In this document: positions 53,473 through 64,000 of the stretch, in pieces
Layout of the letters: the number at the start of each line of letters is the position of its first letter
How positions within the stretch are numbered: the first letter of the stretch is position 1
Assembly (NCBI GenBank): GCA_005879535.1
Contig: VBKI01000058.1
Span: 14,000 to 77,999, forward strand
DNA from: Deltaproteobacteria bacterium
GTDB lineage: Bacteria; Myxococcota; Myxococcia; Myxococcales; 40CM-4-68-19
Reading direction: 5' to 3'
Length of the DNA: 64,000 nucleotides
Notes under the pieces: model-generated
The model's database searches: none
What the model was told of the DNA's origin: nothing
The model's input: only the letters and a program-made list of their open reading frames with translations
Translations under genes and position numbers: made by a program

Positions 53473-54161
53473 TCCCGCCGCGTCCGCTGCAGCTGCGCGA
53501 CCGCCGCGAGCAGCAGCTCCACCTCGCGCTGCGTCGGTCGCGCGCGCCGCGCCAGGGAGAGCAGCTCGTCGAGCACGAGATCGGGCTGCTGCGGGTTGAG
53601 AAAGTCCGACGCCAGCAAAAGCGCGCGCGCCCTCTCGCGCAGGAGGGAGAGAAGGCGCTCTGGAGCCAGCGGCTCCTCCGGTGGAATCGGCGGCGAGGCA
53701 GTGCCGCGCGCTCTCAGAATCTCCCAACCGAACACCAGCACCGCCTGCGCCAGATTCAGCGACGACTTCTGTGCCGTGGGGATGGTTGCGACGGCGGCAG
53801 CTCGCTGCAGGTCGCGATTCGTCAGGCCGCGCACCTCGTCGCCGAATACCAGCGCGCAGGTCCCCGGACACGACAGCAGCCGGGCCGCAGTCTGATCCGG
53901 AGCCAGAGCGCCCGGCACGGTGCGGCCCGTCGTCATCACGACGTCCAGGCAGTCGGCCAGCGCCTCGTCGAGCGTACGGACGACCCGCATCCGCTCGAGG
54001 ACCGCGTCCGCTCCCGCTGCGAGCTTCGCCGCTTGCCCGCGGTCGAAGCCGAGCGGTTCGACGACCCAAAGCGCTCCGGCGCCGGTATTGGCCAGCGCCC
54101 GCGCCGCGGCGCCGATGTTCTGCGAGCTGCGCGGCCGGTTGAGGACGAATCGCAAGTGCAC
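53469..54161 (-). CDS. SpoU/TrmH-family RNA 2'-O-methyltransferase (TrmJ-like)
   Basis: 230 aa. NIGAAARALANTG, LVFGDEVRGL and SLNLAQAVLVFGWE are the SPOUT motifs. GTG start. Confidence 0.8.
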   Translation of the reverse strand: MHLRFVLNRPRSSQNIGAAARALANTGAGALWVVEPLGFDRGQAAKLAAGADAVLERMRVVRTLDEALADCLDVVMTTGRTVPGALAPDQTAARLLSCPGTCALVFGDEVRGLTNRDLQRAAAVATIPTAQKSSLNLAQAVLVFGWEILRARGTASPPIPPEEPLAPERLLSLLRERARALLLASDFLNPQQPDLVLDELLSLARRARPTQREVELLLAAVAQLQRTRRD

Positions 54162-54195
54162 ATGCGCTATCTTGCGCCGTTCCGGAGGACCCGCA

Positions 54196-55155
54196 ATGGA
54201 CGAGACCCTGAGCGCCCAGCTTCCTTACACGCTGCGCGAGGCCGATTTCCCGCTGCTGGGCGAGCTCTACCGGGGCAAGGTGCGCGACAACTATTCGAAG
54301 GGCGATCGGATCGTGATGATCACTACCGACCGGCTCAGCGCTTTCGACCGGGTCCTCACCACCATCCCGTTCAAGGGCGAGATCCTCAACCGCCTGACCG
54401 CGTTCTGGTTCGAGAAGACGAAGGACATCGCGCCCAACCACCTCCTCGACGTGCCGGATCCCAGCGTGCTCGTAGTGCGGCGGCTGAAGCCGCTGGCGGC
54501 GGAGATGGTCGTGCGCGGCTACCTCACCGGGTCGCTCTGGCGCGACTACCAGGCGGGAAAGGGCGCGAAGGCATACGGCATCGAGCTGCCGCGCGAGATG
54601 CGCAAGGACCAGAAGTTCGAGCGGGCCATCCTGACGCCCAGCACCAAGGAGGAGGTGGGCAAACACGACGAGCCGATCTCGCCGAAAGAGCTGGTCGGCC
54701 GTGGAACGATTTCGCAGAAGCAGTGGGACCAGATGGCCCGCATCGCTCTGGATCTGTTCGCGGCGGGCCAGGCGTGGGCGAAACAGCGCGGTCTGATCCT
54801 GGTGGACACCAAGTACGAGTTCGGCGTCGATGCCCAGGGCAAGCTGTGGGTCATCGACGAGATCCACACCGCGGACTCGAGCCGCTACTGGATCGCCGAC
54901 GGCAGCGAGGAGCGCTTTCGCCGCGGCGAGGACCAGAAGATGCTCGACAAGGAGTTCTTCCGGCAGTGGCTGATCCGCGAGCGCAACTACCAGGGCGAGG
55001 GCCCGCTGCCGCAGATTCCCGACGAGGTGCGGGTGCAGCTCGCCGGCAGGTACGTAGACCTGGCGAAGACGCTCACCGGAGAGCCGCCGAAACTGGTGGT
55101 CGGCGATACCCGCGCGCGCATCGAGAAGGCCTTGCGCGCCGGCAAGTATCTGTAA
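54196..55155 (+). CDS. purC: Phosphoribosylaminoimidazole-succinocarboxamide (SAICAR) synthase
   Basis: 319 aa. GGAGGA RBS. YRGKVRDNY, TDRLSAFD, GLILVDTKYEFG and DEIHTADSSRYW motifs. Confidence 0.9.
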   Translation: MDETLSAQLPYTLREADFPLLGELYRGKVRDNYSKGDRIVMITTDRLSAFDRVLTTIPFKGEILNRLTAFWFEKTKDIAPNHLLDVPDPSVLVVRRLKPLAAEMVVRGYLTGSLWRDYQAGKGAKAYGIELPREMRKDQKFERAILTPSTKEEVGKHDEPISPKELVGRGTISQKQWDQMARIALDLFAAGQAWAKQRGLILVDTKYEFGVDAQGKLWVIDEIHTADSSRYWIADGSEERFRRGEDQKMLDKEFFRQWLIRERNYQGEGPLPQIPDEVRVQLAGRYVDLAKTLTGEPPKLVVGDTRARIEKALRAGKYL

Positions 55156-55238
55156 GAAGGGGTTCTGCAACAGAGCGAAACACTGCCGCAACGGCCCCGC
55201 AAAGGGCGCTTCGTACTCCATCTCCAAGGAGGAATACG

Positions 55239-55709
55239 ATGGTGAAAAAGATTCTCATTGGAGTGGGAGCATTGGCGCTCTTGATCGCGGCGGGAGCCGC
55301 GTGGGCGCACGGCCGAGGCGGCCGGTTCATGATGAAGCAGATGATCACGCAGCGGATCGCCGAAGCGGAGGACTTCATCCAGGCGACTCCGCAGCAGCGG
55401 ACGGTGATCGAGCAGTCGCGCGACGTCATCCTCGGCGCGTTGCAGTCCAACGCGCAGGCGCGGCGCGGCTCGCATCAGAACATCGTTGCAATCCTGACGA
55501 GCCCCACGCTGAGCGAACCCGAGCTCCACGCGCTGGCCAACGACCACGTGGCGCAGATGCAGAAGCTGGCGGACGTGATCATCCCGGAGATCAAGAAGGT
55601 CCACGACGTCCTGACGACGGATCAGCTGAGCAAGCTGGCGACGAAGGCGCAGCAGATGCACCAGAAGCACCAGCAGAATCAGGGAGGGTTCGGCGGCCCC
55701 GGACAGTGA
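55239..55709 (+). CDS. Periplasmic Spy/CpxP-family (LTxxQ) protein
   Basis: 156 aa. AAGGAGGA RBS. Signal peptide MVKKILIGVGALALLIAAGAAWA. Helical sequence with LTTDQ and ATPQQ motifs. Immediately precedes an OmpR-type response regulator. Confidence 0.7.
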   Translation: MVKKILIGVGALALLIAAGAAWAHGRGGRFMMKQMITQRIAEAEDFIQATPQQRTVIEQSRDVILGALQSNAQARRGSHQNIVAILTSPTLSEPELHALANDHVAQMQKLADVIIPEIKKVHDVLTTDQLSKLATKAQQMHQKHQQNQGGFGGPGQ

Positions 55710-56389
55710 TGGTCAAGGCGCTTCTCATCGAAGACGATCGCAAGCTCGCCGCCCTGCTGGTCGAATTTCTCGGCCAGCACGGCGTCGAGGCGATCATTGC
55801 CGGCGACTCGGGGCAGGCGCTCCAGCACCTGGGCGCGAGCCGCTTCGACATCCTGCTGCTCGACCTGATGCTGCCAGGGATGGATGGGCTCACGCTGGCG
55901 CGGAAGGTCCGCGAGCGCTCGAACACGCCTATCATCATGGTGACGGCGCGCGGAGACGATGCGGACAAGATCGTGGGGCTGGAGCTGGGAGCGGACGACT
56001 ACCTGGCGAAGCCGTTCAACCCGCGGGAGCTGCTGGCGCGCATCCGGGCAGTGCTGCGGCGGGCCGAGCCCGGCGATGCGCCGCGGTTCCACTCGGGCGG
56101 GCTGGTGATCGATTTCTCCGCCCGCGAAGTGAGCGTCGACGGCAAGCGACAGTTGCTCACCGCGCACGAATACGAGCTGCTCTGCGCGCTGGCGCGCAAC
56201 TCCGGCCGCGTGCTCACCCGCGATCAACTGCTGGAGGAGATGAAGGGCGATCACGCCGACGACGCCTTCGATCGGAGCATCGATGTGCACGTCTCGCGGC
56301 TGCGGCAGAAGATCGAGACGGATCCGCGCCATCCGCGATACGTGAAGACGGTGCGCGGGGCGGGGTATCTGCTGGCCCGGGAGTCCTGA
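55709..56389 (+). CDS. OmpR/PhoB-family response regulator (CpxR-like)
   Basis: 226 aa. Receiver domain (LLLDLMLPGMDG, KPF) plus a winged-helix output (TAHEYELLCALARNSGRVLTRDQL...RLRQKIE...VRGAGY). The ATG overlaps the previous TGA. Confidence 0.9.
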   Translation: MVKALLIEDDRKLAALLVEFLGQHGVEAIIAGDSGQALQHLGASRFDILLLDLMLPGMDGLTLARKVRERSNTPIIMVTARGDDADKIVGLELGADDYLAKPFNPRELLARIRAVLRRAEPGDAPRFHSGGLVIDFSAREVSVDGKRQLLTAHEYELLCALARNSGRVLTRDQLLEEMKGDHADDAFDRSIDVHVSRLRQKIETDPRHPRYVKTVRGAGYLLARES

Positions 56390-57709
56390 GTGCACCCGCG
56401 GCGCCTGTACCTGCGCCTCTATCTCGCGTTTCTGGGCGTCCTGCTCGCGGTGGGCCTGGTGTTCGCCGCCATCGGGTTTCTGACCGGGCGGCCCTTTCTG
56501 GCGCTGCATCGCGGCGGCCCGAGGTTCGCCGCTCATCTCGGACGGATGCTTCCGCCGCCCGCCGATCCGGTCGGCCTGCAGCGGGCAGTCGCGCTCATCA
56601 ACGAAGAGCTCGGAATGGATGCGACCGTCCTCGGTCCGGGCGGCGAGGTGATCTCCACCGCGGGCAACCCGATCGCGCTGCCCGACGCCGATGTGCTGGA
56701 ACGGGCGCGGCAGGGCGCAATCTCGACGGGGCGCGGCATCGTCGCCGCCCCCGCACGCGGAGGAGCAGTGCTGATGGTGCGCCTGCCGCTGCCGGAGGGG
56801 GCCGTGCGGAGGGCGGCGATCCGCGCCGCGCTCCTTTTGCTCGGCGCCCTCGCCGTTTCCCTCGCCCTGGTCTATCCGCTCTCGAAATCGATCACGCGGC
56901 CGCTGGAAAAGCTCACCTCCGTCGTCGAGGCCTATGGCCGCGGCGATCTCTCCCGCAGGAGCGGGCTCGGCGATCTCCAGGACGAGGTGGGCCGCCTGGC
57001 GCGCAGCTTCGACGAGATGGCCGACCGGATCCAGGCGGCGCGGAGAGCGGAGAAGGAGCTGCTCGCGAACGTCTCACACGAGCTGCGCACGCCGCTGGCG
57101 CGGATCAAGGTGGCGCTCGAGCTCATCGATGCGCCGGGGGAGGGTGTCCGCAGGCGGCTATCGGCGATCGGCGAGGAGGTGGACGAGCTCGACCAGTTGG
57201 TCGCCGACATCCTGACGGCGTCGCGGCTCGATCTGGCGGCCTTGCCGCTGCGGAAGGTGCGCACCGACGTCGCCACGCTGGTCGAGAAGGCGCGGGTGCG
57301 CGCGGCGGCGCTGGATCCGAACCTGCCCATCGACGTGCGCGTCGAACCCGCGCTGGTGGTCGAAGCGGACGAAGCGCTGCTCTCGCGGGCGCTCGACAAC
57401 CTGCTCGACAACGCGCGGAAGTATGCCAACGGCAGCCCGGTGGACGTGACGGCGAGGCGCGAAGGGCAGGAGGCCATCATCAGCGTGCGCGATCACGGCC
57501 CGGGCATTCCTGCGAACGACTTGCCGCGCGTGTTCGAGCCCTTCTTCCGCGGCGAAGGCGCACCGGGCCTTGCCGCCGGCTTCGGCCTCGGACTCGCGCT
57601 CGCGCGGCGGGTGGCGGAAGCACACGGTGGAGCGGCGCGGGCGCAGAACGCGGAGGGCGGAGGCGCGCGGCTCGAGCTGCGACTCCCTCTCACGACAGGT
57701 ACGGTCTGA
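56390..57709 (+). CDS. Sensor histidine kinase with two TM segments, HAMP, HisKA and HATPase_c (CpxA/EnvZ-like)
   Basis: 439 aa, GTG start adjacent to the response regulator stop. H-box LANVSHELRTPL, N-box LDNLLDNARKY, G-boxes DHGPGI and GFGLGLALARRVAEAHGG. Confidence 0.88.
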   Translation: MHPRRLYLRLYLAFLGVLLAVGLVFAAIGFLTGRPFLALHRGGPRFAAHLGRMLPPPADPVGLQRAVALINEELGMDATVLGPGGEVISTAGNPIALPDADVLERARQGAISTGRGIVAAPARGGAVLMVRLPLPEGAVRRAAIRAALLLLGALAVSLALVYPLSKSITRPLEKLTSVVEAYGRGDLSRRSGLGDLQDEVGRLARSFDEMADRIQAARRAEKELLANVSHELRTPLARIKVALELIDAPGEGVRRRLSAIGEEVDELDQLVADILTASRLDLAALPLRKVRTDVATLVEKARVRAAALDPNLPIDVRVEPALVVEADEALLSRALDNLLDNARKYANGSPVDVTARREGQEAIISVRDHGPGIPANDLPRVFEPFFRGEGAPGLAAGFGLGLALARRVAEAHGGAARAQNAEGGGARLELRLPLTTGTV

Positions 57710-57712
57710 AAG

Positions 57713-58288
57713 CTATGGCCGCGGATGCGGCCCCGGCGGGCTGACCGTGGCCGGCGGCGCGGCCAGCAGCTGATGGAGTAGCTCCCGCGCCGTCCGGGCG
57801 CGGACGAGGCGCAACGGAGGCCGCACGAAGCCTTCCGAGTTCATGTGCTCGATGAAGGCGACGAGCGGCGCGAAGTAGCCGTCGACGTCGAGGAGACCGA
57901 TGGGCTTCTCGTGCAGGCCGAGCTGCCCCCAGGTGATGGCCTCGAACAGCTCGTCCATGGTGCCGCAACCACCGGGGAGGGCGACGACGGCGTCGGAAAG
58001 AGCGGACATCACCGCCTTGCGCTCGTGGAGCGATCCCACGATGCGCATCTCGGTGAGCCCGGTATGCGCGACCTCCCGGCTGGTCAGCGCCCGCGGCAGG
58101 ACGCCCACCACTTCGGCTCCGCCGGCGAGGGCGGCGTCGGCGCACGCGCCCATCAGACCGCAGGCGGCTCCCCCGTAGACCATCGCGTGCCCGCGGCGCG
58201 CGATTTCCGCGCCCAGCTCGCGCGCAGCGATCAGGTACGACTCGCGAGCGCCGTCGTTCGACCCGGCGAAGACGCAGATGCGCTCCAT
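57713..58288 (-). CDS. LOG-family (TIGR00730) nucleotide 5'-monophosphate nucleosidase
   Basis: 191 aa. VYGGAACGLMG and the PGGCGTMDELFE motif are diagnostic of LOG proteins. Confidence 0.85.
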   Translation of the reverse strand: MERICVFAGSNDGARESYLIAARELGAEIARRGHAMVYGGAACGLMGACADAALAGGAEVVGVLPRALTSREVAHTGLTEMRIVGSLHERKAVMSALSDAVVALPGGCGTMDELFEAITWGQLGLHEKPIGLLDVDGYFAPLVAFIEHMNSEGFVRPPLRLVRARTARELLHQLLAAPPATVSPPGPHPRP

Positions 58289-58301
58289 GGGATGGAAACT
58301 A

Positions 58302-59609
58302 TCACTTCCCGAGCACGCGCTCGAACACCGCGTCGACGTGGCGCAGCCCGCGGTCGAGATCGAAGCACTCCGCCAGCTCCTTCGGCTTGAGGAGCTTCTT
58401 CACCTCGGGGTCCTCGGCGAGCAGCGAGCGGAAATCGCGGTTCTCGTCCCAGACCTTCATCGCGTTGCGCTGCACGACCACGTACGCCGCCTGCCGCTCC
58501 ATGCCCTTGGCGATCAGCTTGAGGAGGACCGGCTGCGAGAACACCAACCCCCGGGTGAGCTCGAGGTTTTCGCGCATCCGCTCGGGAAAGACGCGCAATC
58601 CCTCGATCAGCCCGGCGAACCGGTGGAGCATGAAATCGAGCGTGACCGTCGCGTCCGGACCGATCACGCGCTCGACGCTGGAGTGGCTGATGTCGCGCTC
58701 GTGCCAGAGGGGAACGTCTTCCAGGGCGGAGAGGGCGTAGCCGCGAAGCACGCGGGCCAGGCCGGTCAGGTTCTCCGAGAGGATCGGGTTGCGCTTGTGC
58801 GGCATCGCCGAAGAGCCCTTCTGGCCCTTGCCGAACACTTCCTCGGCTTCCCGGACCTCGGTCCGCTGCAGGTGGCGGATCTCCACCGCGAACTTCTCGA
58901 TCGAGGCCCCTGCGAGGGCGAGAGCGGTGAAGTACTCGGCGTGCCGGTCGCGCTGGACGATCTGCGTGGATGCCGGCGCAGCGCGCAGCCCGAGCGCCGC
59001 CATGGCCTTCTCCTCGATGGCCGGGGAGAGGTGCGCGAAGGTCCCCACCGCTCCGGACAGCTTGCCGACGGCGATGATCTCCCGCGCGCGGTGCAGCCGG
59101 GCCTTGGCGCGAGCCAGCTCGTCGGCCCAGACGATCAGCTTCCAACCGAAGGTCGTGGGTTCGGCGTGAATCCCGTGCGACCGGCCGATGCAGGGCGTGC
59201 GCTTGTGCTCGATGGCGCGCTTTACCACCGCCTCGCGCGCTTTCTCGACGCCGGCGACGAGGAGATCCGCCGCATCCCGGAGCAACAGCGCGAGCGACGT
59301 GTCCAGCACGTCCGAAGAGGTCATTCCGAAGTGCAGGTGCCGCGCCGCGGGACCGATGCGCTCCTCCATGAAGGTGAGGAATGCGATCACGTCATGGCGA
59401 GTGGTCTTCTCGATCTCGTCGATGCGGGCGGCGTCGGCGGCGGTGAAGGCGCCGCCTTTGCGGGCGCATTCCTCGATGGCTTCGCGTGGGACCACGCCGG
59501 CGTCCGCCATCGCGCGGCCGGCGGCGAGCTCCACCTGCAGCCAGGTCTGGTAGCGACGTTCGGGCGTCCAGAGCGCGACCATCTCCGGCCGGCTGTAGCG
59601 CGGGATCAT
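58302..59609 (-). CDS. purB: Adenylosuccinate lyase
   Basis: 435 aa from [22 protein letters not shown], and the [11 protein letters not shown] signature of the fumarate-lyase family. Confidence 0.92.
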   Translation of the reverse strand: MIPRYSRPEMVALWTPERRYQTWLQVELAAGRAMADAGVVPREAIEECARKGGAFTAADAARIDEIEKTTRHDVIAFLTFMEERIGPAARHLHFGMTSSDVLDTSLALLLRDAADLLVAGVEKAREAVVKRAIEHKRTPCIGRSHGIHAEPTTFGWKLIVWADELARAKARLHRAREIIAVGKLSGAVGTFAHLSPAIEEKAMAALGLRAAPASTQIVQRDRHAEYFTALALAGASIEKFAVEIRHLQRTEVREAEEVFGKGQKGSSAMPHKRNPILSENLTGLARVLRGYALSALEDVPLWHERDISHSSVERVIGPDATVTLDFMLHRFAGLIEGLRVFPERMRENLELTRGLVFSQPVLLKLIAKGMERQAAYVVVQRNAMKVWDENRDFRSLLAEDPEVKKLLKPKELAECFDLDRGLRHVDAVFERVLGK

Positions 59610-59628
59610 CGGGCGCTCTCTACAGCAC

Positions 59629-60459
59629 TCACCCGAACAGCGCCAGTTGGCGGGCCTTGCGCAGCGGGACCGCGCACGAGGGCTCGAGCAGCACGGGATC
59701 GAGCGCACGGGCCTGCGAGCCGATGCAGAGCCTGGCATGGCTGCCGTAGTTCGCGAGGACCCGCTCGGCGGCCTTGCGCGCGTGCTTTTCGCTGTTGTTG
59801 TGCTCGGACAGGTGCGCCAGCACCAGATGGCGGAGGCCGCCATGGAGGATGTTCTCGAGCAGATGCGCGCCCTGCTCGTTGGAGAGGTGACCGCGGTCGC
59901 CGCGGATGCGCTGCTTCAGCGACCACGGATACGGACCCTCGAGGAGCATCTGCACATCGTGGTTCATCTCCAGGACCAACGCGTCGAGGTCGCGAAGCGC
60001 TCGAACGATGCGGGCAGTGACCGAGCCGAGATCGGTGGCGATGGCTGCGCGCGTCGCGCCGTCGTCGACGACGTACGCCACCGGCTCCCATGCATCGTGA
60101 GGAAGAGCGACGGGAGTGACCGTCAGGCCGGGGAGCCGGACCGCGACGCCGGCCCGGACGGCGAAGCGCAGCTCCTCCGGAGGCGGGTCGCGCAGCGAAC
60201 GCATGGTGCCCCGCGTCGCGTGGACCCGGACGCCGAGCCGGCGCGCGAGGATCCCCGCCGCGTGCGAGTGGTCGGCGTGCTCGTGGGTGAGGAACACGTC
60301 GGTCAGGTCGCGAACGTCGAGCCCAGCGCCTTTGCACCTGCGCGCGGTCTCGCGCAGCGGAAGGCCAGCGTCGATGAGGATGCGCGTTCCGGCAGCGTCC
60401 ACCCAGAGGGAATTGCCTCCGCTGCCGCTGGCGAGGACGCACAGGCGCACTGAACGCAT
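59629..60459 (-). CDS. MBL-fold metallo-hydrolase
   Basis: 276 aa from MRSVRLCVLASGSGGNS. THEHADHS (HxHxDH) motif. An upstream ATG at 60516 is an alternative start. Confidence 0.8.
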   Translation of the reverse strand: MRSVRLCVLASGSGGNSLWVDAAGTRILIDAGLPLRETARRCKGAGLDVRDLTDVFLTHEHADHSHAAGILARRLGVRVHATRGTMRSLRDPPPEELRFAVRAGVAVRLPGLTVTPVALPHDAWEPVAYVVDDGATRAAIATDLGSVTARIVRALRDLDALVLEMNHDVQMLLEGPYPWSLKQRIRGDRGHLSNEQGAHLLENILHGGLRHLVLAHLSEHNNSEKHARKAAERVLANYGSHARLCIGSQARALDPVLLEPSCAVPLRKARQLALFG

Positions 60460-60545
60460 GTACCAAGAGCGATCGCCTGCTTGCAAGGGCGACGGAAGCG
60501 CTTCTGCCGCTTTCAACCGGCGCGAGCTGTGCTACAGACCCCGGG

Positions 60546-60659
60546 ATGCCGCGCACGAAAAAGTCGATCAAGAACCGCAGCAAGGTGAAGAGGCAGGCAC
60601 TGAAGCGCAAGCGCGCGCGCCGCAAGAAGAGCCTGCGCCGCGGGATGCGGGCGAAGTAG
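60546..60659 (+). CDS. Unannotated 37-codon highly basic ORF (MPRTKKSIKNRSKVKRQALKRKRARRKKSLRRGMRAK)
   Basis: Below the ORF-track size cutoff. 35 of 37 third codon positions are G/C, whereas the overlapping track frame (60116-60706) has mixed third positions. It occupies an otherwise empty 268-bp gap. No obvious RBS. Confidence 0.45.
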   Translation: MPRTKKSIKNRSKVKRQALKRKRARRKKSLRRGMRAK

Positions 60660-60727
60660 GCGCGGCCCCGCAGGCGGCTCAGGCGCGGCCGCCGAAGGCG
60701 GCTTAGCGCCTGTTGCAGTTAGCGCAA

Positions 60728-62047
60728 TCATCGTATCCTCATTCTCACGCCGTTCCGCGGCCGGAGCGTGATGCTCGGGTCCAGCTCGACGTCCGCTCCG
60801 GGCACGAGCTCGAAGCGGACCCGCTGCGCCATCGTCGCCAGCACGAGCTCCGCCTCCATGCTGGCGAATCCGTTTCCGATGCACATGCGAGGGCCGGCGC
60901 CGAACGGAAGGTACGCGCCCCGCGGAGGCTCCCGCGCAAAGCGCTGCGGATCGAACCCCTCCGGATCGCTCCAGAGCTCCGGATGGCGGTGCACCACGTA
61001 CGGACTGACGAAGACGATCGATCGTGCCGGGATCTCGTACCCGCCGATCTGGTCCGGACCCTTCGCGGACCTGCCGATGATCCACGCCGGGGGATAGAGG
61101 CGCATCGCCTCCTGCAGGATCCGCCGCGTCTGCGCGAGCTTCGGCAGGTCATCCGCGGTCGGATTCCGCCCACCGAGCACCTGCGCCAGCTCGGCCCGGA
61201 GCTCGCGAAGGGCGGCCGGATAGCGGGAGAGCAGCAGCCAGGTGAAGGTCAACGCGTTGGCGGTGGTCTCGTGGCCGGCGAGAAGGATCGTCATCGCCTC
61301 GTCGCGAAGCTGGCGGTCGTCCATCGACTCGCCGGTTTCGGCATCGCGCGCCCGGATCAGCATCGAGAGCAGATCGGCGCGGTCCGTGGTGCTCTTCCGC
61401 CGCTCGGCGATCATCCGCACCACCACCGTGTCGAGCGTCGTCAGGGCGCGGCGGAACCTCCGGTTCTCGCGGGTCGGAACGACGGGGGGCAGGTCGAACA
61501 CGCGACGGGTCCGCTCGTTGGCGAGCCTGAGCAGGAAGCCGAGCGCAGCACCCACCTCGTCGGCCGCGTCCGTCGGATCGTACGCGAGCAGCGTCTCGCC
61601 GACGATGCGCAGTGTCAGGCGCATCATCTCGTGGTGTACGTCCATGTTTTCGCCGCGGCGCGACTCCAGCTTGGCCGTGGCGTCGTCCGCGGCGCGCACC
61701 ATCGTGGCCGCGAATCCCGCGATGCGCTGGCGGTGGAACGCTGGCTGCGCGATGCGCCGTTGCCGTTTCCAGGTTTCACCCTCGCTGGTGAGCAGACCGT
61801 TGCCGAGCACGTAGCGGAGATTGCGGTATCCGCGCGTCTGCTTGCCGTAGTTCTTGTTGTTCTCGACCAGGACGTGGTTGGCGCCTTCGGACGAGCTGAC
61901 GAGGTGGCCGACCACCGGACCGAAGCGGAAGCGCACCACCTCGCCGTAGTCGCGGAAGGAGTCCATGAAGAAGGCGATGGGATTGCGCCGCGCCCGCGGG
62001 AGGTTTCCGAGCAGGAATTGGCCGCGGGGCCCCGGCGCGCGGTTCAC
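60728..62047 (-). CDS. Cytochrome P450
   Basis: 439 aa. ExxR ([11 protein letters not shown]), PERF-like DPQRF and the heme-Cys loop [17 protein letters not shown] start overlaps the dut stop. Confidence 0.9.
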   Translation of the reverse strand: MNRAPGPRGQFLLGNLPRARRNPIAFFMDSFRDYGEVVRFRFGPVVGHLVSSSEGANHVLVENNKNYGKQTRGYRNLRYVLGNGLLTSEGETWKRQRRIAQPAFHRQRIAGFAATMVRAADDATAKLESRRGENMDVHHEMMRLTLRIVGETLLAYDPTDAADEVGAALGFLLRLANERTRRVFDLPPVVPTRENRRFRRALTTLDTVVVRMIAERRKSTTDRADLLSMLIRARDAETGESMDDRQLRDEAMTILLAGHETTANALTFTWLLLSRYPAALRELRAELAQVLGGRNPTADDLPKLAQTRRILQEAMRLYPPAWIIGRSAKGPDQIGGYEIPARSIVFVSPYVVHRHPELWSDPEGFDPQRFAREPPRGAYLPFGAGPRMCIGNGFASMEAELVLATMAQRVRFELVPGADVELDPSITLRPRNGVRMRIR

Positions 62048-62493
62048 CGATGGCCCGTGTGCCCGAATCCGCCTTCGCCGCGGCGGCTCTGCGGCAGTGT
62101 CTTGCCTTCGACCAGCTCCGCGCGCTCCACGCGCGCGACGGCGAGCTGAGCGATGCGATCGCCGCGCTGGATCGTGACGGGCTTCTGTCCGAGATTGGCG
62201 AGGATCACGCCGAGCTCGCCGCGGTAGTCGCTGTCGATGGTGCCGGGGCTGTTCAGGCAGGTGATGCCCTCGCGCAGCGCCAGGCCGGAGCGCGGCCGGA
62301 TTTGGCCTTCGAATCCCTCCGGGATGGCGATCGCAAGGCCGGTCGGAACCAGGGCGCGCTCCCCGGGCGCGAGCGTGATGGCGGCATCGGCGCGCAGGTC
62401 CAGGCCGGCGGATCCGTCGGTCGCGTACGAGGGGAGCGGAAGGGGTTCTCCCCGCGCCGGCGTGGTCCGCGTGACGTCGATTCGCAGGCCCAT
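62044..62493 (-). CDS. dut: dUTP diphosphatase
   Basis: 149 aa from [30 protein letters not shown] and GGFGHTG motifs. Confidence 0.92.
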   Translation of the reverse strand: MGLRIDVTRTTPARGEPLPLPSYATDGSAGLDLRADAAITLAPGERALVPTGLAIAIPEGFEGQIRPRSGLALREGITCLNSPGTIDSDYRGELGVILANLGQKPVTIQRGDRIAQLAVARVERAELVEGKTLPQSRRGEGGFGHTGHR

Positions 62494-62589
62494 GGGGCGT
62501 GATTTATCACGCGGCGCCGTCCGGTCTGGCTCCTTTCCATCGAGCCCGCTAAAGTACACGCCCCCTGGGGAGCAGCAGGAGGCGTCGAC

Positions 62590-64000
<1,411 letters not shown>

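Noticed and set aside
51657-55709. 1350-codon plus-strand ORF, the longest in the track
   Set aside because: Arg/Ala/Gly/Pro-rich shadow frame running antisense to or out of frame with well-supported genes (the MIPS-like gene, trmJ-like, purC). Only its last 156 codons (55239-55709, the Spy/CpxP-like protein with RBS and signal peptide) look genuine.

Overview
High-GC (roughly 68-70% by eye) bacterial chromosomal segment, densely coding. I support about 60 protein genes. I found no rRNA, tRNA, CRISPR array, transposase or integrase. All functional calls come from reading the translated ORFs by eye (motifs, domain order, signal peptides, translational coupling); no database search was possible. 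Many long ORFs in the six-frame track are GC-driven shadow frames and were discarded. True starts were re-derived by counting residues within the track ORFs.

Gene content, left to right:
- Porin.
- Liv-type amino-acid ABC operon whose livG is frame-broken and which ends in a 3-hydroxybutyrate dehydrogenase.
- DUF4142 protein.
- Sugar-type ABC transporter.
- Respiratory formate dehydrogenase fdnGHI-fdhE, with an in-frame TGA (selenocysteine) in fdnG.
- HNH-endonuclease ORF bracketed by three copies of a perfect 20-bp palindrome.
- ArsR plus SRPBCC pair.
- OsmC/Ohr-family ORF that the ORF caller split at an in-frame TGA sitting at the catalytic-Cys position, with a SECIS-like hairpin downstream (candidate selenoprotein).
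- One long minus-strand string lutABC-aceB-glcDEF (lactate/glycolate oxidation plus malate synthase).
- Internally duplicated membrane protein, MFS transporter, FAD oxidoreductase, metal-transporter-like membrane protein.
- Protoporphyrinogen oxidase co-oriented with two unassignable ORFs; PilZ protein.
- Structured element with 21-bp inverted repeats.
- glgX, DedA, a GAF/PAS histidine kinase, a PlsB-like acyltransferase, two coupled alpha/beta hydrolases.
- VWA protein plus a membrane/coiled-coil partner; tam.
- Three-gene cluster (coiled-coil/HEAT protein, ParA-like ATPase, coiled-coil protein) that resembles the myxobacterial PomY-PomZ-PomX cell-division positioning system.
- Divergent inositol-phosphate-synthase-like protein, small Cys/His repeat protein, TrmH-family methyltransferase, purC.
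- Spy/CpxP-like protein with an OmpR-family response regulator and histidine kinase.
- LOG, purB, MBL hydrolase, unannotated 37-codon very basic ORF, cytochrome P450, dut, and the 5' part of acs.

The Pom-like cluster and overall composition suggest a Myxococcota-like genome (inference only). I see no clear defence island or large novel multi-gene system. The most interesting items are the candidate Sec-OsmC, the two orphan ORFs upstream of hemY, the palindrome-bracketed HNH cassette, the degenerate MIPS-like gene next to the Pom-like cluster, and the broken livG.
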